DNA from: an uncultured delta proteobacterium
GTDB taxonomy: Bacteria > Desulfobacterota > Desulfuromonadia > Desulfuromonadales > BM103
Direction of reading: 5' to 3'
Length of the DNA: 64,000 bases
Assembly (NCBI GenBank): GCA_963825575.1
Contig: CAWGUB010000018.1
Coordinates: 179,419 to 243,418, forward strand
The position numbers and the translations under genes were made by a program. The notes beneath the pieces were generated by a model that worked only from the letters and a program-made list of their open reading frames with translations, made no database searches and had not been told where the DNA came from. Below are positions 9,448 to 19,714 of this stretch, one piece after another (the stretch's first letter is position 1; every line of letters starts with the position of its first letter).

Positions 9448-9734
9448 AAAAATATCAGAGACATTCCTAGCGATCAGAAACACAGTAAAACAGGCCCAGT
9501 GTCAACCGGACATCACCAGCCTGCATATCGGGGAATTACTGTAACAAAAGTACGGGTATTTGAGAACATCTTATAATTTTGTGGTCACGGTGAGTCCTTT
9601 GGGTTAATTATTAATGTAATCACTCATGAATTTTATCGAAAATCCGTTGCGCGAACCTGCCGGGTTTTTCTGTGGACGGCTGTGCAAGCCCCGCGAAGCC
9701 GGTAAGTTCTGTTACCCTGCAACCCTGACGTTTG

Positions 9735-11631
9735 ATGGCCATGGCAAAAAACCCCTCCCGATTTGCAGGACCTTCCGTGTCCGCGACCCGTCTCAAGGGC
9801 GCGTGGCCTTATGTCGCCATCTTCCTGTTCGCCCTGGCAATCCGTCTTGTCTATCTCTATGAGATCAGCGACCAACCGATCGTTACGATCCTGCTCGGAG
9901 ACGCTGAGAGCTATGATACCTGGGCCCAGGAAATCGTCCTGAAAGGCTGGATCGGCGACCGTACTTTTTATCAAGCCCCTTTCTACCCCTATTTCCTGGC
10001 ACTGGTTTACACAATCGGCGCCCGGGACTTTATTCTGGTGCGCCTGGTCCAAATCCTGATCGGATCGGCCTCCTGCGTGCTTCTGGCTTTCGCGGGGACG
10101 AGATTTTTCAACAAAAAAACCGGCCTGGTCGCCGGATGTCTGCTGGCCCTTTATGCCCCTGCCATCTTTTTCGACCTCTTGGTGCAGAAGGCCGTCCTGG
10201 GCATGTTCTTCATGTGCCTGCTGCTGTTTCTCATCAGCAGGACAACCGGTCAGCCGGGCAATCAACGCCAACCCGGCACATGGGTTCTGATCGGCGTCTG
10301 CCTCGCCTGTTTTGCACTGGTCCGTGAAAACGCCCTGATCCTCATCCCGGCCGTAGGAGCCTGGATGATCATTGGCCTCCGGAGCGACGGCTGGCAGCGG
10401 ATCCTGGTCAAAGGCCTCTTCCTGGGCATCGGGTTATGCCTTATCTTCCTCCCGGTAACCCTGCGCAATTATGTCGTTGGGGGAGAATTCGTGCTGACGA
10501 CTTCACAGCTTGGCCCCAACTTTTACATCGGCAACAACAGGGATGCCACAGGCTTTTACGAACCTCTGGTCGAGGGCCACAGCGATTGGAAATTTGAGCG
10601 CTCGGACGCAAAGGAGCTTGCAGAGGCCGCGCTTGGCCAGGAGCTGACACCGAATCAGATTTCAGATTACTGGCTGGATAAAGCGGTTAACGACATTCGG
10701 GATAACCCGCTAGGCTGGCTCAGACTGATGGGCAAAAAGTGGTTGCTGGTCCTGGAATTCGACCGAAACCAGCGATTCGGAAAGCATCTATGCGCACTAT
10801 CGCTTTTCCAGGCTTCTCAGCCTCCTCGGGCAGGTTTTTCAATTTGGCATTCTCATGCCGATCGCGATTCTCGGCATCTGCTTGAGCTGGCCGAACCGCA
10901 AACATGTTTGGGGTCTGGTTTGGCTCTGGTTGTGCTTCGCAGGCAGCGTGGCCCTGTTTTTCGTCTTTGCCCGCTACAGGCATCCGATGAACGCGATCAT
11001 GCTGCTTTTTGCAGCGACCGGCCTGACCTGTGCTTTTCATCTGATCACCGAGAAACGTTTCAAACCCCTGGCCCTCGGGGTTTTGACCGCAATACCTTTT
11101 GCCGTCTACGCCAACTGGCCGCTCGTGTCCAGGGCCAAGATGGAGGCTCCCACACATTTTAATATTGGCTACGAAATGGAACGGCGCGAGGAACTGGACA
11201 CGGCAAAGGAGGCCTACCTGCTGTCTGTGGCGATCGACAGCAATACGCTGGCATACAATAACCTCGGCATGGTGGCGATGAAGCAGGGCCAACCGGAGGA
11301 TGCGATCCTTTACTTCAGTGAAGCGGTGAAAGCCAAGCCGGAGAACTGGAATGCGAGGATAAACCTGGGGATCGTCCTGTCGCAGATGGGGCGAAAAGTT
11401 GAAGCGATTGAACAATACAGGGAAGTTGTCAGAAACAAACCAGACTACAATCCGTCCCTGTATTACAACATTGCCTGCTATTATGCCGTAGAAGGGCAAT
11501 TGAGCCGGGGAATGGAATGGTTGGAAAAGGCCGTTTCGCACGGCTATGACAACTGGGAACTGATTAGAACAGACCCCGACCTGCAAAACCTCCGGAAGTT
11601 GCCGGAGTACCGGGATTTAATCTCACGGTAG
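9735..11631 (+). pseudogene. ArnT/PMT-like (GT39/GT83-type) membrane glycosyltransferase with C-terminal TPR repeats, interrupted by an apparent 1-nt frameshift near 10750-10757
   Basis: ORF 9732-11162 reads as a multi-TM protein up to ...MGKKWLLVL and then becomes Arg-rich nonsense. The +1 frame continues sensibly from 10756 (NSTETSDSESIYAHYRFSRLL..., more TM helices, then TPR repeats) to 11631. Confidence 0.65.
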
Positions 11632-11668
11632 GAATCTTTCCCCGACTAGCGCTTTTCCCGACGGCACA

Positions 11669-12778
11669 TCACTCCATGGCCTTTTGCGACTTTTGCGAGA
11701 AAACCAGATTCCTGCGACCGAGAAAGTTCAGACTGAGAGCAATCGCCGACGCGCTGAGCTTAGCAAGCCATGCCGACGTACCGCCGGCAATCAGGACCCT
11801 GGTGACCTGCATGTCAACCAGGGCAACGGCCACAACGAGACCGACATAAACCAGCATCTCGACAGGACCGGCCCAACGCGAACGGCGCTTGAACAGGAGA
11901 GTGACGCATAACAGGTAGTTCACCCCGGCCGCCGCAATAAAAGCGAGCAGCGCCGAGGCTGTCACGCCAAGCCCCATGCTCAACATGACCAGGAACAGGA
12001 ACAGATTGGCCAGCGCCGCAGTCCCGCCGATGAACAGGTAAACGAGAAATTGCATGGGTAGAGGTAATGCGGGGGCATTGTATCGGACTACACAGTAAAG
12101 CGCTCTGAAACCGTCGCGCCAGCCGATCTTTTTCCCCTCCGCATAAGTCCTGCCATTATACGAAATTCCCATTTCGTATATCGCCAGTTTTCTTTGCGCG
12201 AGTTTGGCGGTAATCTCCGGCTCGAAGCCGAACCGGTTCTCCTCGATGACAATATCCTGAATGATCTCGCGCCTGAAAACCTTATAACAGGTTTCCATGT
12301 CGGTCAGATTGAGGTCTGTGAACATGTTGGAAAGAAACGTCAGACACTTATTCCCCAGGTAATGCCAAAAGTACAGAACCCGATGCGGTCGCCCCCCCAG
12401 GAACCGTGAGCCATAGACCACATCGGCCCGGCCGTCGACCAGTGGGACGAGCAGTTCCAGGATGTCGCGCGGGTCGTACTCAAGGTCAGCGTCCTGAACG
12501 ACAACAAAATCTCCGGAGGCTTCTTTGAACCCGGTACGAAGAGCAGCCCCTTTGCCCTGGTTGGATTTATGTCGGACGACTTTTATCTCCGACGCGGCTT
12601 GTGCCAGCCCCTGGGCGATTTCTGGGCTGCTGTCTGAAGAGGCATCATCGACAATGATGATCTCCAGAGCAACCCCCTCATCCCGCAAACCAAGGACTTT
12701 CTCGATACACACCTGAAGTGTAGCCGCCTCGTTGAAGCAGGGCACAACAACTGAGAGCGAAATGGCGCTTGAAGACAT
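11669..12778 (-). CDS. family-2 glycosyltransferase (polyprenyl-phosphate sugar transferase type) fused to a GtrA-like membrane domain
   Basis: 369 aa with [14 protein letters not shown] and QDADLEYDP motifs. The C-terminal ~120 aa form 4 TM helices. Confidence 0.8.
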   Translation of the reverse strand: MSSSAISLSVVVPCFNEAATLQVCIEKVLGLRDEGVALEIIIVDDASSDSSPEIAQGLAQAASEIKVVRHKSNQGKGAALRTGFKEASGDFVVVQDADLEYDPRDILELLVPLVDGRADVVYGSRFLGGRPHRVLYFWHYLGNKCLTFLSNMFTDLNLTDMETCYKVFRREIIQDIVIEENRFGFEPEITAKLAQRKLAIYEMGISYNGRTYAEGKKIGWRDGFRALYCVVRYNAPALPLPMQFLVYLFIGGTAALANLFLFLVMLSMGLGVTASALLAFIAAAGVNYLLCVTLLFKRRSRWAGPVEMLVYVGLVVAVALVDMQVTRVLIAGGTSAWLAKLSASAIALSLNFLGRRNLVFSQKSQKAME

Positions 12779-12915
12779 TTGGCATTAGCTCCTGGATATT
12801 GCTACAGCACGCAAGAGGAAGAAACTCAACGGTTTAAAATGCTCCGGAACTACCTCTCCTGTCAATCCGCAATCAAAGACAGCGCTGTCCTTAAATGAAG
12901 GAAAGCGCAACAAGC

Positions 12916-14514
12916 TCATGGATAAAGGTTTAAATGCACCGCCCTGACGAATCGCGCGCCGACCGCTTCATTCAACCTTGCCACAATCGCTGCATCAATC
13001 GGTGAGTCGACGGAAAGAACCACCATCGCCTCGCCTCCCTTACCCCGACGGCCGAGATTCATGGCACCAATATTGACTTCGGCCTCACCCAGGATCGTGC
13101 CGATCCTGCCGATCAGGCCCGGACGGTCTTCGTAGGTCATCACCAGCATGTGTTCCTCAGGGGTGAAATCGGTATCGAAATCGCGCATTCTGACAATCTT
13201 CGGCGTCCCTTCGAAAAGGGTCCCGGCGATCGTGCGTTTGCCTTGCGGCGTCTCCAGGTTCAGCGTGATCAGGTTGGAGAAAAACTCCGATTCAGTGGAT
13301 CGACTCTGCTCGACAACCAGGCCGCGGCGTTCTGCCACCAGGTTGGCGTTGACCATGTTGACCTCCTGGTCCGTGCAGCGGTTGAGCAGCGCGGCAAGAC
13401 CTGTGACCGTTATCGGCATGCAGTCATAGGCGGCGAGTTTGCCGGTGTAGCTGAAAGACACCTTGCCAGGATTCTCCGGCGCCAGCTGCGAGATGAAGTC
13501 GCCCAACACTGCAGCGAGGGTCATGAAGGGCCGCATCTGTGCCATAAGGTCCGGATCGAAACGGGCGATATTCACAGCATTCTCCACTGGCTTGCCATCC
13601 AGGAGGTTGAGGATTTCACGGCTGACATCAACCGCCACATTGGTTTGGGCTTCAAAGGTGTTGGCGCCAAGGTGAGGCGTGACCACCATGCGTGGATGGG
13701 CAATCAGCTTCTTCAGCGTCTCATTGTTGGGCGGTTCCTCGCTCCAGACGTCGAAGGCCGCCCCGGCCACCTTGCCACTCTCGAGCGCCTCCAGCATCGC
13801 CGTTTCACTGATAATACCACCCCTGGCACAGTTGACGATCAGGACACCGTCTTTCATGCGGGCGAAATGCTCTGCGGTCACCAGGTCACGGGTTTCGTCA
13901 TTCAGAGGGGTATGTACAGAGATAACATCCGCTGAAGCGACAAGTTCTTCCAGCGACACCAGCCGGGTGCCGAAATCGGTCGCCCGCTTTTCGCTGATGT
14001 AAGGGTCGTAAACGACGACATCCATCTCGAAAGACCGGGCCCGCAGCGCCACGCGACCACCGACCTTGCCGAGGCCGACAATACCCATCGTCCGGTATCG
14101 AAGCTCATGACCGGTAAAAGGGGCCCTCTGCCATTGACCGCTCTTCAGGCTGGCATTGGCAGCCGGGACATTGCGGCACATGGACAACAGGAGGGCCATG
14201 GAATGTTCTGCCGCCGAGTTGGTGTTGCCGAACGGCGCGTTGACGACAATGATGCCGCGCTCACTGGCCGCCGGCACATCGACATTGTCAATGCCGACCC
14301 CGGCCCGGGCGATCATTTTCAGGTTTTTTGCATGGGCCAGAAGCTCCGCATCAACCTGGGTTCCTGAGCGGGTGATGATGGCATCGTAGCCGCCAATGAT
14401 CTGGTGGAGTTCGGCTTTACCCAGTCCGAGCCGCACATCCAACTCTACCCGCGGTTCGTTCTGCAGAAGCTCGAGGCCCCTCTCGGAAATTTCGTCGGTA
14501 ACAATGACTTTCAT
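12916..14514 (-). CDS. serA: D-3-phosphoglycerate dehydrogenase, long form (ASB + ACT domains)
   Basis: 532 aa with GLGKVG NAD motif, NCARGG and TPHLGANTFEAQ. The C-terminus is ACT-like. Confidence 0.9.
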   Translation of the reverse strand: MKVIVTDEISERGLELLQNEPRVELDVRLGLGKAELHQIIGGYDAIITRSGTQVDAELLAHAKNLKMIARAGVGIDNVDVPAASERGIIVVNAPFGNTNSAAEHSMALLLSMCRNVPAANASLKSGQWQRAPFTGHELRYRTMGIVGLGKVGGRVALRARSFEMDVVVYDPYISEKRATDFGTRLVSLEELVASADVISVHTPLNDETRDLVTAEHFARMKDGVLIVNCARGGIISETAMLEALESGKVAGAAFDVWSEEPPNNETLKKLIAHPRMVVTPHLGANTFEAQTNVAVDVSREILNLLDGKPVENAVNIARFDPDLMAQMRPFMTLAAVLGDFISQLAPENPGKVSFSYTGKLAAYDCMPITVTGLAALLNRCTDQEVNMVNANLVAERRGLVVEQSRSTESEFFSNLITLNLETPQGKRTIAGTLFEGTPKIVRMRDFDTDFTPEEHMLVMTYEDRPGLIGRIGTILGEAEVNIGAMNLGRRGKGGEAMVVLSVDSPIDAAIVARLNEAVGARFVRAVHLNLYP

Positions 14515-14627
14515 AGCTGGATATCCTTCTTGGGAATTAAACCTTTACCATTCTAACGCAAAGGGGCAAAGGGCGCAGAGCAATATAATTATGTCGAGAT
14601 GTTCTCCGCGAACTCCGGACCGATGCG

Positions 14628-15110
14628 TTACCCGTTGGCCTTGCTATGCTTTTCGAGAGCTTGTGCATTGATCTTGATGCAAAGGCATTCACCGGTGGCG
14701 TAGAGCGCGCCATCCAGGCTGCAGACTTCACCATGGACCATAACCTTGCGGCCCTGTACGGAAACAATTCGCGTAGTCACCTGCACCACGGTCTTGATCG
14801 GCAGCAGATTGCGGAAGTTGACATTCAGGTTTCCGACCACGACCTGATGTCCCGCCGCCCAGGCGGCCAGGCCGAGAACTTCATCAAGGACCGCAGCGAT
14901 ACTGCCGCCGTGCGCGTGTGCAGGAGGGCCCTCGGTGACCGGGCCGAACCAGACCCGCGCGACCAGATGGCTTTCCTGGTCACGGAAGTATTTGATCCGG
15001 AAACGATTGCCGGTCTGGTCTCCCGAGACGAATCGCAAGGTTTCTCCAACCAGGGCAGGCGCATCGAAAAGCGCCCATCCGGGTTCACCATTGAGCTCCT
15101 GGTCAGTCAC
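14628..15110 (-). CDS. PaaI/hotdog-fold thioesterase family protein
   Basis: ORF 14628-15176. A GTG at 15110 has GAGGAG 6 nt upstream and is the preferred start. The motif HGGSIAAVLDEVLG is present. Confidence 0.6.
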   Translation of the reverse strand: MTDQELNGEPGWALFDAPALVGETLRFVSGDQTGNRFRIKYFRDQESHLVARVWFGPVTEGPPAHAHGGSIAAVLDEVLGLAAWAAGHQVVVGNLNVNFRNLLPIKTVVQVTTRIVSVQGRKVMVHGEVCSLDGALYATGECLCIKINAQALEKHSKANG

Positions 15111-15228
15111 GTTGTTCTCCTCAATGAAAAAAGGACACTTCCTCTGGAAGTGTCCCAGATTGTTGACAAACCCCACACGTGATGCGGGTTTTGTTTTTTA
15201 CCTGGCAGGTGGAGGTATCATGAATCTT

Positions 15229-15753
15229 AGGGCAACAGAGGGTTCATCTGTTGCCCTTGCTTATTGTACTCCGCTTAAAGACAAAAGCAGAACCCGGGGG
15301 TTGCGCCCGCCCGACTGCGCCATACTCTTTTCCGGCCCAAAAGAGTAAGCAGAAAAGGGCCTTCGCTGCGTAGGGCATGTCTGGCTCGTCAGGCTTTAAC
15401 CTCAATACAGATTGCTCTTATCGATCAAGAGCCTACGCTTCCCCCGCAGGTGTCGAGGCTCTTGTGAGCCTCTACTTCTCTGGATGATTGCTTCTGTAGT
15501 CATACTTTTCAGGCTTTTCTCCTGTAAGTGTCACTGCAAGGAAGGCCCCCCTGTGGAACGGGCCGGCTTATGTAAGCTCCGTCCTATTGGATTCCTCAGA
15601 AATCCGGCAAAGGAGATGCCCTCCGCAAGGAGCAGGCACTTTTGCATACTTTTGTTGCCGGACAAAAGTATGGCGTTGGGCGGGACGCGACCCGCCGGTT
15701 TTGCCTTTAAACAGTCAATGGATGAGGGCAGCAGATGAACCACCTGTTGCCCT
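15229..15753 (+). mobile_element. MITE-like structured repeat, copy A (outer hairpins 15229-15257 and 15725-15753; core 15275-15710)
   Basis: Closely similar by eye to copies at 32436-32964 and 55038-55570. It has nested inverted repeats and no conserved ORF. Confidence 0.7.
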
Positions 15754-15823
15754 CTCTCTCTTGAAGTCTGATTGAACCTTGCCAGAAGTCTGGGACACTT
15801 CTTTGCAAAAGCGCCCCTGATCA

Positions 15824-16912
15824 TCAACCGTTCTTGCTCTCGAACTCCTTCATGAATCCGGCCAGGGTCTCAACACCGGCCAGTGGCATGGCGTTGTAGA
15901 TCGAAGCACGGATACCTCCGACATTGCGATGCCCTTTGAGGGCATAGAGGCCCAGGGCACCCGCTTCCTTGAGGAACTTCTCCTCCAGTTCGGGGGTCGC
16001 CAGATTAAAGCTCACATTCATGGTCCCGCGGAACTCGGGCAATATCACGCCACGGAAATAGTCGCCACCATCGATCAGGTCATAAAGGATCCTGGCCTTC
16101 TGCTCGTTCACCTTTTCAATCGCTGCAATGCCACCTTGCTCCTGCAGCCACTCCAGGACCAGGCCAGTTACATAGATGGCAAAGGTATTGGCCGTGTTGG
16201 TCAATGAATTGTCGGCAGCACAATCTTTGTAGTTGAGCAGGGTCGGAGTCTGCGATGAAGCATATTCAAGCAGGTCTTCACGGATCACCACGATAGCGGT
16301 TCCGGCCGGCCCGAGGTTCTTCTGCAGACCGGCGTAGACGCAGCCGAATTTGCTGAGATCAAGAACCCTCGAAAGCATTTCAGATGTCTGGTCAACGATC
16401 AGCGGCACATTTCCGGTCTCCGGGAATGTCTGCCAGCGTGATCCGTACAGGGTGTTGTTGCCGGTCACGTGCAGGTAAGCAGCGTCCTGGTCGATCATCT
16501 CTGGAGTAACAACCGGGATGCGGTCGTAGTTGGTGTCGGCGCTGCTGGCAATCACCCGAATGTCCCCGAACGGCTTGGCATCCTTGTGCGCCAACTTGGC
16601 GAAGTTGCCGGTCTCGACGTAGAGACACTTGTTCGACGATGAACGGCCGGCAAGATTCATCGGCAGAGCCGAGAACTGCATGCGTGCCCCACCATGCACG
16701 AAGAGGATCTTGTAATTGTCCGGCAGGTTGGTCAACTGGCGAAAACGTTCCTGGGCATCGACCAGAACTTTTTCGAACTGCTTGGCACGATGGCTGACTT
16801 CGATGACCGAAACACCGAGCCCCTGGAAATCGAACCATTCCTTCTGAATCCGTTCCATGACCGGGACTGGCAGCATCGCCGGACCGGCACCGAAATTATA
16901 AACCTGGGACAT
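15824..16912 (-). CDS. serC: phosphoserine aminotransferase
   Basis: 362 aa. The N-terminus is YNFGAGPAMLP and the overall SerC pattern is present. Confidence 0.9.
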   Translation of the reverse strand: MSQVYNFGAGPAMLPVPVMERIQKEWFDFQGLGVSVIEVSHRAKQFEKVLVDAQERFRQLTNLPDNYKILFVHGGARMQFSALPMNLAGRSSSNKCLYVETGNFAKLAHKDAKPFGDIRVIASSADTNYDRIPVVTPEMIDQDAAYLHVTGNNTLYGSRWQTFPETGNVPLIVDQTSEMLSRVLDLSKFGCVYAGLQKNLGPAGTAIVVIREDLLEYASSQTPTLLNYKDCAADNSLTNTANTFAIYVTGLVLEWLQEQGGIAAIEKVNEQKARILYDLIDGGDYFRGVILPEFRGTMNVSFNLATPELEEKFLKEAGALGLYALKGHRNVGGIRASIYNAMPLAGVETLAGFMKEFESKNG

Positions 16913-17011
16913 TGTATCCTCCTGTTATCCTTATATGAATGTGTCGAAATTATTCAGCACTATACTGTTTGGATTTCCAGGAAATCCAGTATTCTGGTTC
17001 TGGATTCCCTT

Positions 17012-18181
17012 TTAAAGAGTCCGCACCTTGATGACCCCATCGATATCTTCCAGGGCCTGGATCAGCTCGGGGGTCGGTTCCTGCTCGATATCGATAATAT
17101 TGTACGCAGCGTCACCACGGCTCTTGTTGATCATGTCGATCACGTTTATGTTGCGATCGGCCAGAACCGAGAGAACCTGGTTAAGCATTTTAGGTACGTT
17201 CCGGTTGGAGAACGCCAGCCGGAAACCACCATTACGTTCAAGGGTGATGCTGGGGAAATTAACCGAATGCTTGATGTTGCCATTCTCCAGAAAATCAATC
17301 AACTGGTCGGCAACCATGATGGCGCAGTTTTCCTCAGCCTCTTCGGTGCTGGCACCAAGATGCGGAATCGAGACCACTTTATCGTGGCCCATCATCTCCA
17401 TGACCGGGAAGTCTGTGATGTATTTGCCGATCCGGCCATTATCAAGGCCCTTCAGGATAGCATCCGTATCGACAACCTTCTCGCGGGAAAGGTTGATGAG
17501 GGTCGCCCCGGGCCTGAAGCTGTCGATCAGGTCCTTGTTGATCAGGTTCCGGGTGGCTTCTAGAACCGGCAGATGCAGGGTGACGATGTCAGATTTGGCC
17601 AACAGCGACTGCATGTTTTCCATGCGTTCAACCTCACGCGACAGACGCCAGGCCGCTTCGACCGAGAGCGCCGGATCGTAGCCCAGCACCTTCATGCCGA
17701 GCATCAGACCGGTTTCGGCAACCTTGGAGCCGATGGCACCAAGACCGACGACGCCGAGGGTCTTGCCTTTCAGTTCGGTCCCGCCATAAGTCTTCTTGCC
17801 GCCTTCGACAAGCTTGTGGAGCTCTTCGGCGGTTTTGCCTGGGCCCTCATTCCTGACGAAGTCTATTGCACCGACAATGTCACGCGTCGAGAGCAACATT
17901 GCGGCAAGCGCGAGCTCCTTGACCGCATTGGCATTGGCGCCCGGTGCATTGAAAACCACAATGCCGCGTTCGGTGCAGTTATCAACCGGAATATTGTTGA
18001 CTCCGGCACCGGCTCGGCCGATCGCCTTGACCGAGGTTTCGATATCTTCCGGCTGCAGCACGTGGCTGCGCAGCATAATCGCATCAGGGGTGCCTATTTC
18101 GCTGGCAATTTCATATTTATCGAGAGAAAACTTCTCCAGACCTTTGACGGAAATCTTGTTGTAGGTACGAACCTTGTTCAT
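17012..18181 (-). CDS. serA: D-3-phosphoglycerate dehydrogenase, short form with C-terminal ACT domain
   Basis: ORF 17012-18280. The ATG at 18181 (MNKVRTYNKI) has GGAG 8 nt upstream. It has GLGAIGS, SRE and HLGASTEEAEEN motifs and lies directly upstream of serC. Confidence 0.8.
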   Translation of the reverse strand: MNKVRTYNKISVKGLEKFSLDKYEIASEIGTPDAIMLRSHVLQPEDIETSVKAIGRAGAGVNNIPVDNCTERGIVVFNAPGANANAVKELALAAMLLSTRDIVGAIDFVRNEGPGKTAEELHKLVEGGKKTYGGTELKGKTLGVVGLGAIGSKVAETGLMLGMKVLGYDPALSVEAAWRLSREVERMENMQSLLAKSDIVTLHLPVLEATRNLINKDLIDSFRPGATLINLSREKVVDTDAILKGLDNGRIGKYITDFPVMEMMGHDKVVSIPHLGASTEEAEENCAIMVADQLIDFLENGNIKHSVNFPSITLERNGGFRLAFSNRNVPKMLNQVLSVLADRNINVIDMINKSRGDAAYNIIDIEQEPTPELIQALEDIDGVIKVRTL

Positions 18182-18332
18182 CACGGGCTCCAGGAAACAA
18201 AAAAGGGTTAAAAAGAAAACGCCGCCCCACCCACAAGGGTTTTCATGGTCGGCGATTTCTGCTGTCAGCAGGTTGTGCATAAACCTACTGGAAGGCCGTT
18301 TTTACACCTTTTCCGGTAGGTTGTCAATGGGC

Positions 18333-19670
18333 TCAGCGGGTAATCCTGCGTGCCTCCAGGTAGAAGCGTTTTTCGTCCGCCTCGCCCATGGAAAAAGTCT
18401 TTCGCGGCAGAGCCCCGTCACGCACGATGGTGCGAAAAAGATCGTGCTTCGAAATCGACGGCAGGTAGAAACCGATATTACCGTTCTGGCTACCTAGACG
18501 AGTGACCGCCTCGTCGCCATGAATGTAGTCAATGCGTGATTTCGGTTGTTTTTTCAGGTAGTTATCAAGGAAACTCTGCAGGGTCGCAACTTCGAGAGTC
18601 AGGGTCGGATGGTCAATCCGCAGGAGACCGAAGCCATCAGCGCTGACAAAGACGATGGCGTGAGCCACACCGGCCGCTTCAGCGGCGACGGTCGCCTCTT
18701 CAAGACCGGGGTATTTTTCCACGCTGCAGGGAGTTCCGGCCTTGCGGTAATACTCGTCAGCCTTTGCAAGCAGATCATCGACACTGACATCAAACACCAC
18801 CCGGTGGATTGCCTCGAACTCAAGGCCGGGGTCATGCACGTTTACCAGTTCGACCAGTGCATAGCGGGCCGGGTGGTCCATGACTTCTGCCGGATCCGCT
18901 GCCTCGGACTTAAGCTGCTCCCAGATCGCCTTTGCGGTCGCAAAGCTGTGGTTGCCATCGCCCATTGCGTAGAGCATCACCTCATCATCTTCAACGTCAT
19001 AGCGTTGCTGGAAACGTGCTTTATCGGCAAGAGCGGCCAGGGCGTTGGCAACCTCAGCGAGCAGCGCCGGTTGATCAACTCTCCAACCCCGGAGGGCCCC
19101 GCTACCCTGCATCAGGTCGAAGTCGTACACCTTCTCGAGGGCGGCTTCAAACAACGGCTCGATGACTGTCTGCTCCGGGTCATCGATCAGCACCATGATA
19201 TGCGGCAGTTCAATGGCAGCGTTTTCACGCACGCGGATCCGCGGCGGTAGCCGGTCGACTATCGTCCCTTCGGTGGCCCGGATCATCGTTTTGGTGCCCG
19301 GCCGGTAATCGTAGGCTTCGAGGTCGAGTGCTACTACCAGACCCTTGCGTGAAGCGACATGACTGGTTTTGCGATCGACCAGGACGAACCCCCGGCCCTG
19401 AGAAACCAGTGCGCCGTCTGCAAGGTATTGATTCATGCTGGCGTTGATCCTGGCAATCCGCGCGTCACCGTCGTCGTCCTCCAGGTAAACTTCCGGGAAG
19501 ACCAGGCGCAAAGTTGACGGTTGATCGGCAACCAGTCGGTCGACGGCTGCCCAGTATTCCGGCTCCGAAGTATATTGATCACAGGCAATCACAGCCCAGC
19601 AATGCAGGTCAACGCCCTGCCCGGGCAAGAGGATTTCCGGGACTTCCATGGCAAGCTTCACAAAGTTCAT
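18333..19670 (-). CDS. DUF1015-like protein of unknown function
   Basis: 445 aa. GDGNHSFATA resembles the ADGHHR motif of DUF1015 and the N-terminal IACDQYTSEPEYW resembles its PPYDV region. The assignment is from memory of the family, not from a search. Confidence 0.5.
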   Translation of the reverse strand: MNFVKLAMEVPEILLPGQGVDLHCWAVIACDQYTSEPEYWAAVDRLVADQPSTLRLVFPEVYLEDDDGDARIARINASMNQYLADGALVSQGRGFVLVDRKTSHVASRKGLVVALDLEAYDYRPGTKTMIRATEGTIVDRLPPRIRVRENAAIELPHIMVLIDDPEQTVIEPLFEAALEKVYDFDLMQGSGALRGWRVDQPALLAEVANALAALADKARFQQRYDVEDDEVMLYAMGDGNHSFATAKAIWEQLKSEAADPAEVMDHPARYALVELVNVHDPGLEFEAIHRVVFDVSVDDLLAKADEYYRKAGTPCSVEKYPGLEEATVAAEAAGVAHAIVFVSADGFGLLRIDHPTLTLEVATLQSFLDNYLKKQPKSRIDYIHGDEAVTRLGSQNGNIGFYLPSISKHDLFRTIVRDGALPRKTFSMGEADEKRFYLEARRITR

Positions 19671-19714
19671 TATCGTTTTTCCTGTACTTGAGAGTTGTGT
19701 GTACGAATCGAAAG

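Noticed and set aside
15412-15738. Short ORFs inside the repeat elements (15412-15738, 32458-32724, 55076-55279, 61677-61901, 62011-62250)
   Set aside because: Their similarity only reflects nucleotide repetition. Frames, starts and stops differ between copies, the translations are Arg/Cys/Pro-rich, and no SD is present. They are unlikely to be coding.
18182-18280. N-terminal extension of the short-form serA (MHNLLTAEIADHENPCGWGGVFFLTLFCFLEPV)
   Set aside because: The extension covers a terminator-like hairpin and T-tracts. A good SD (GGAG) precedes the internal ATG at 18181, which also gives the usual SerA N-terminus.
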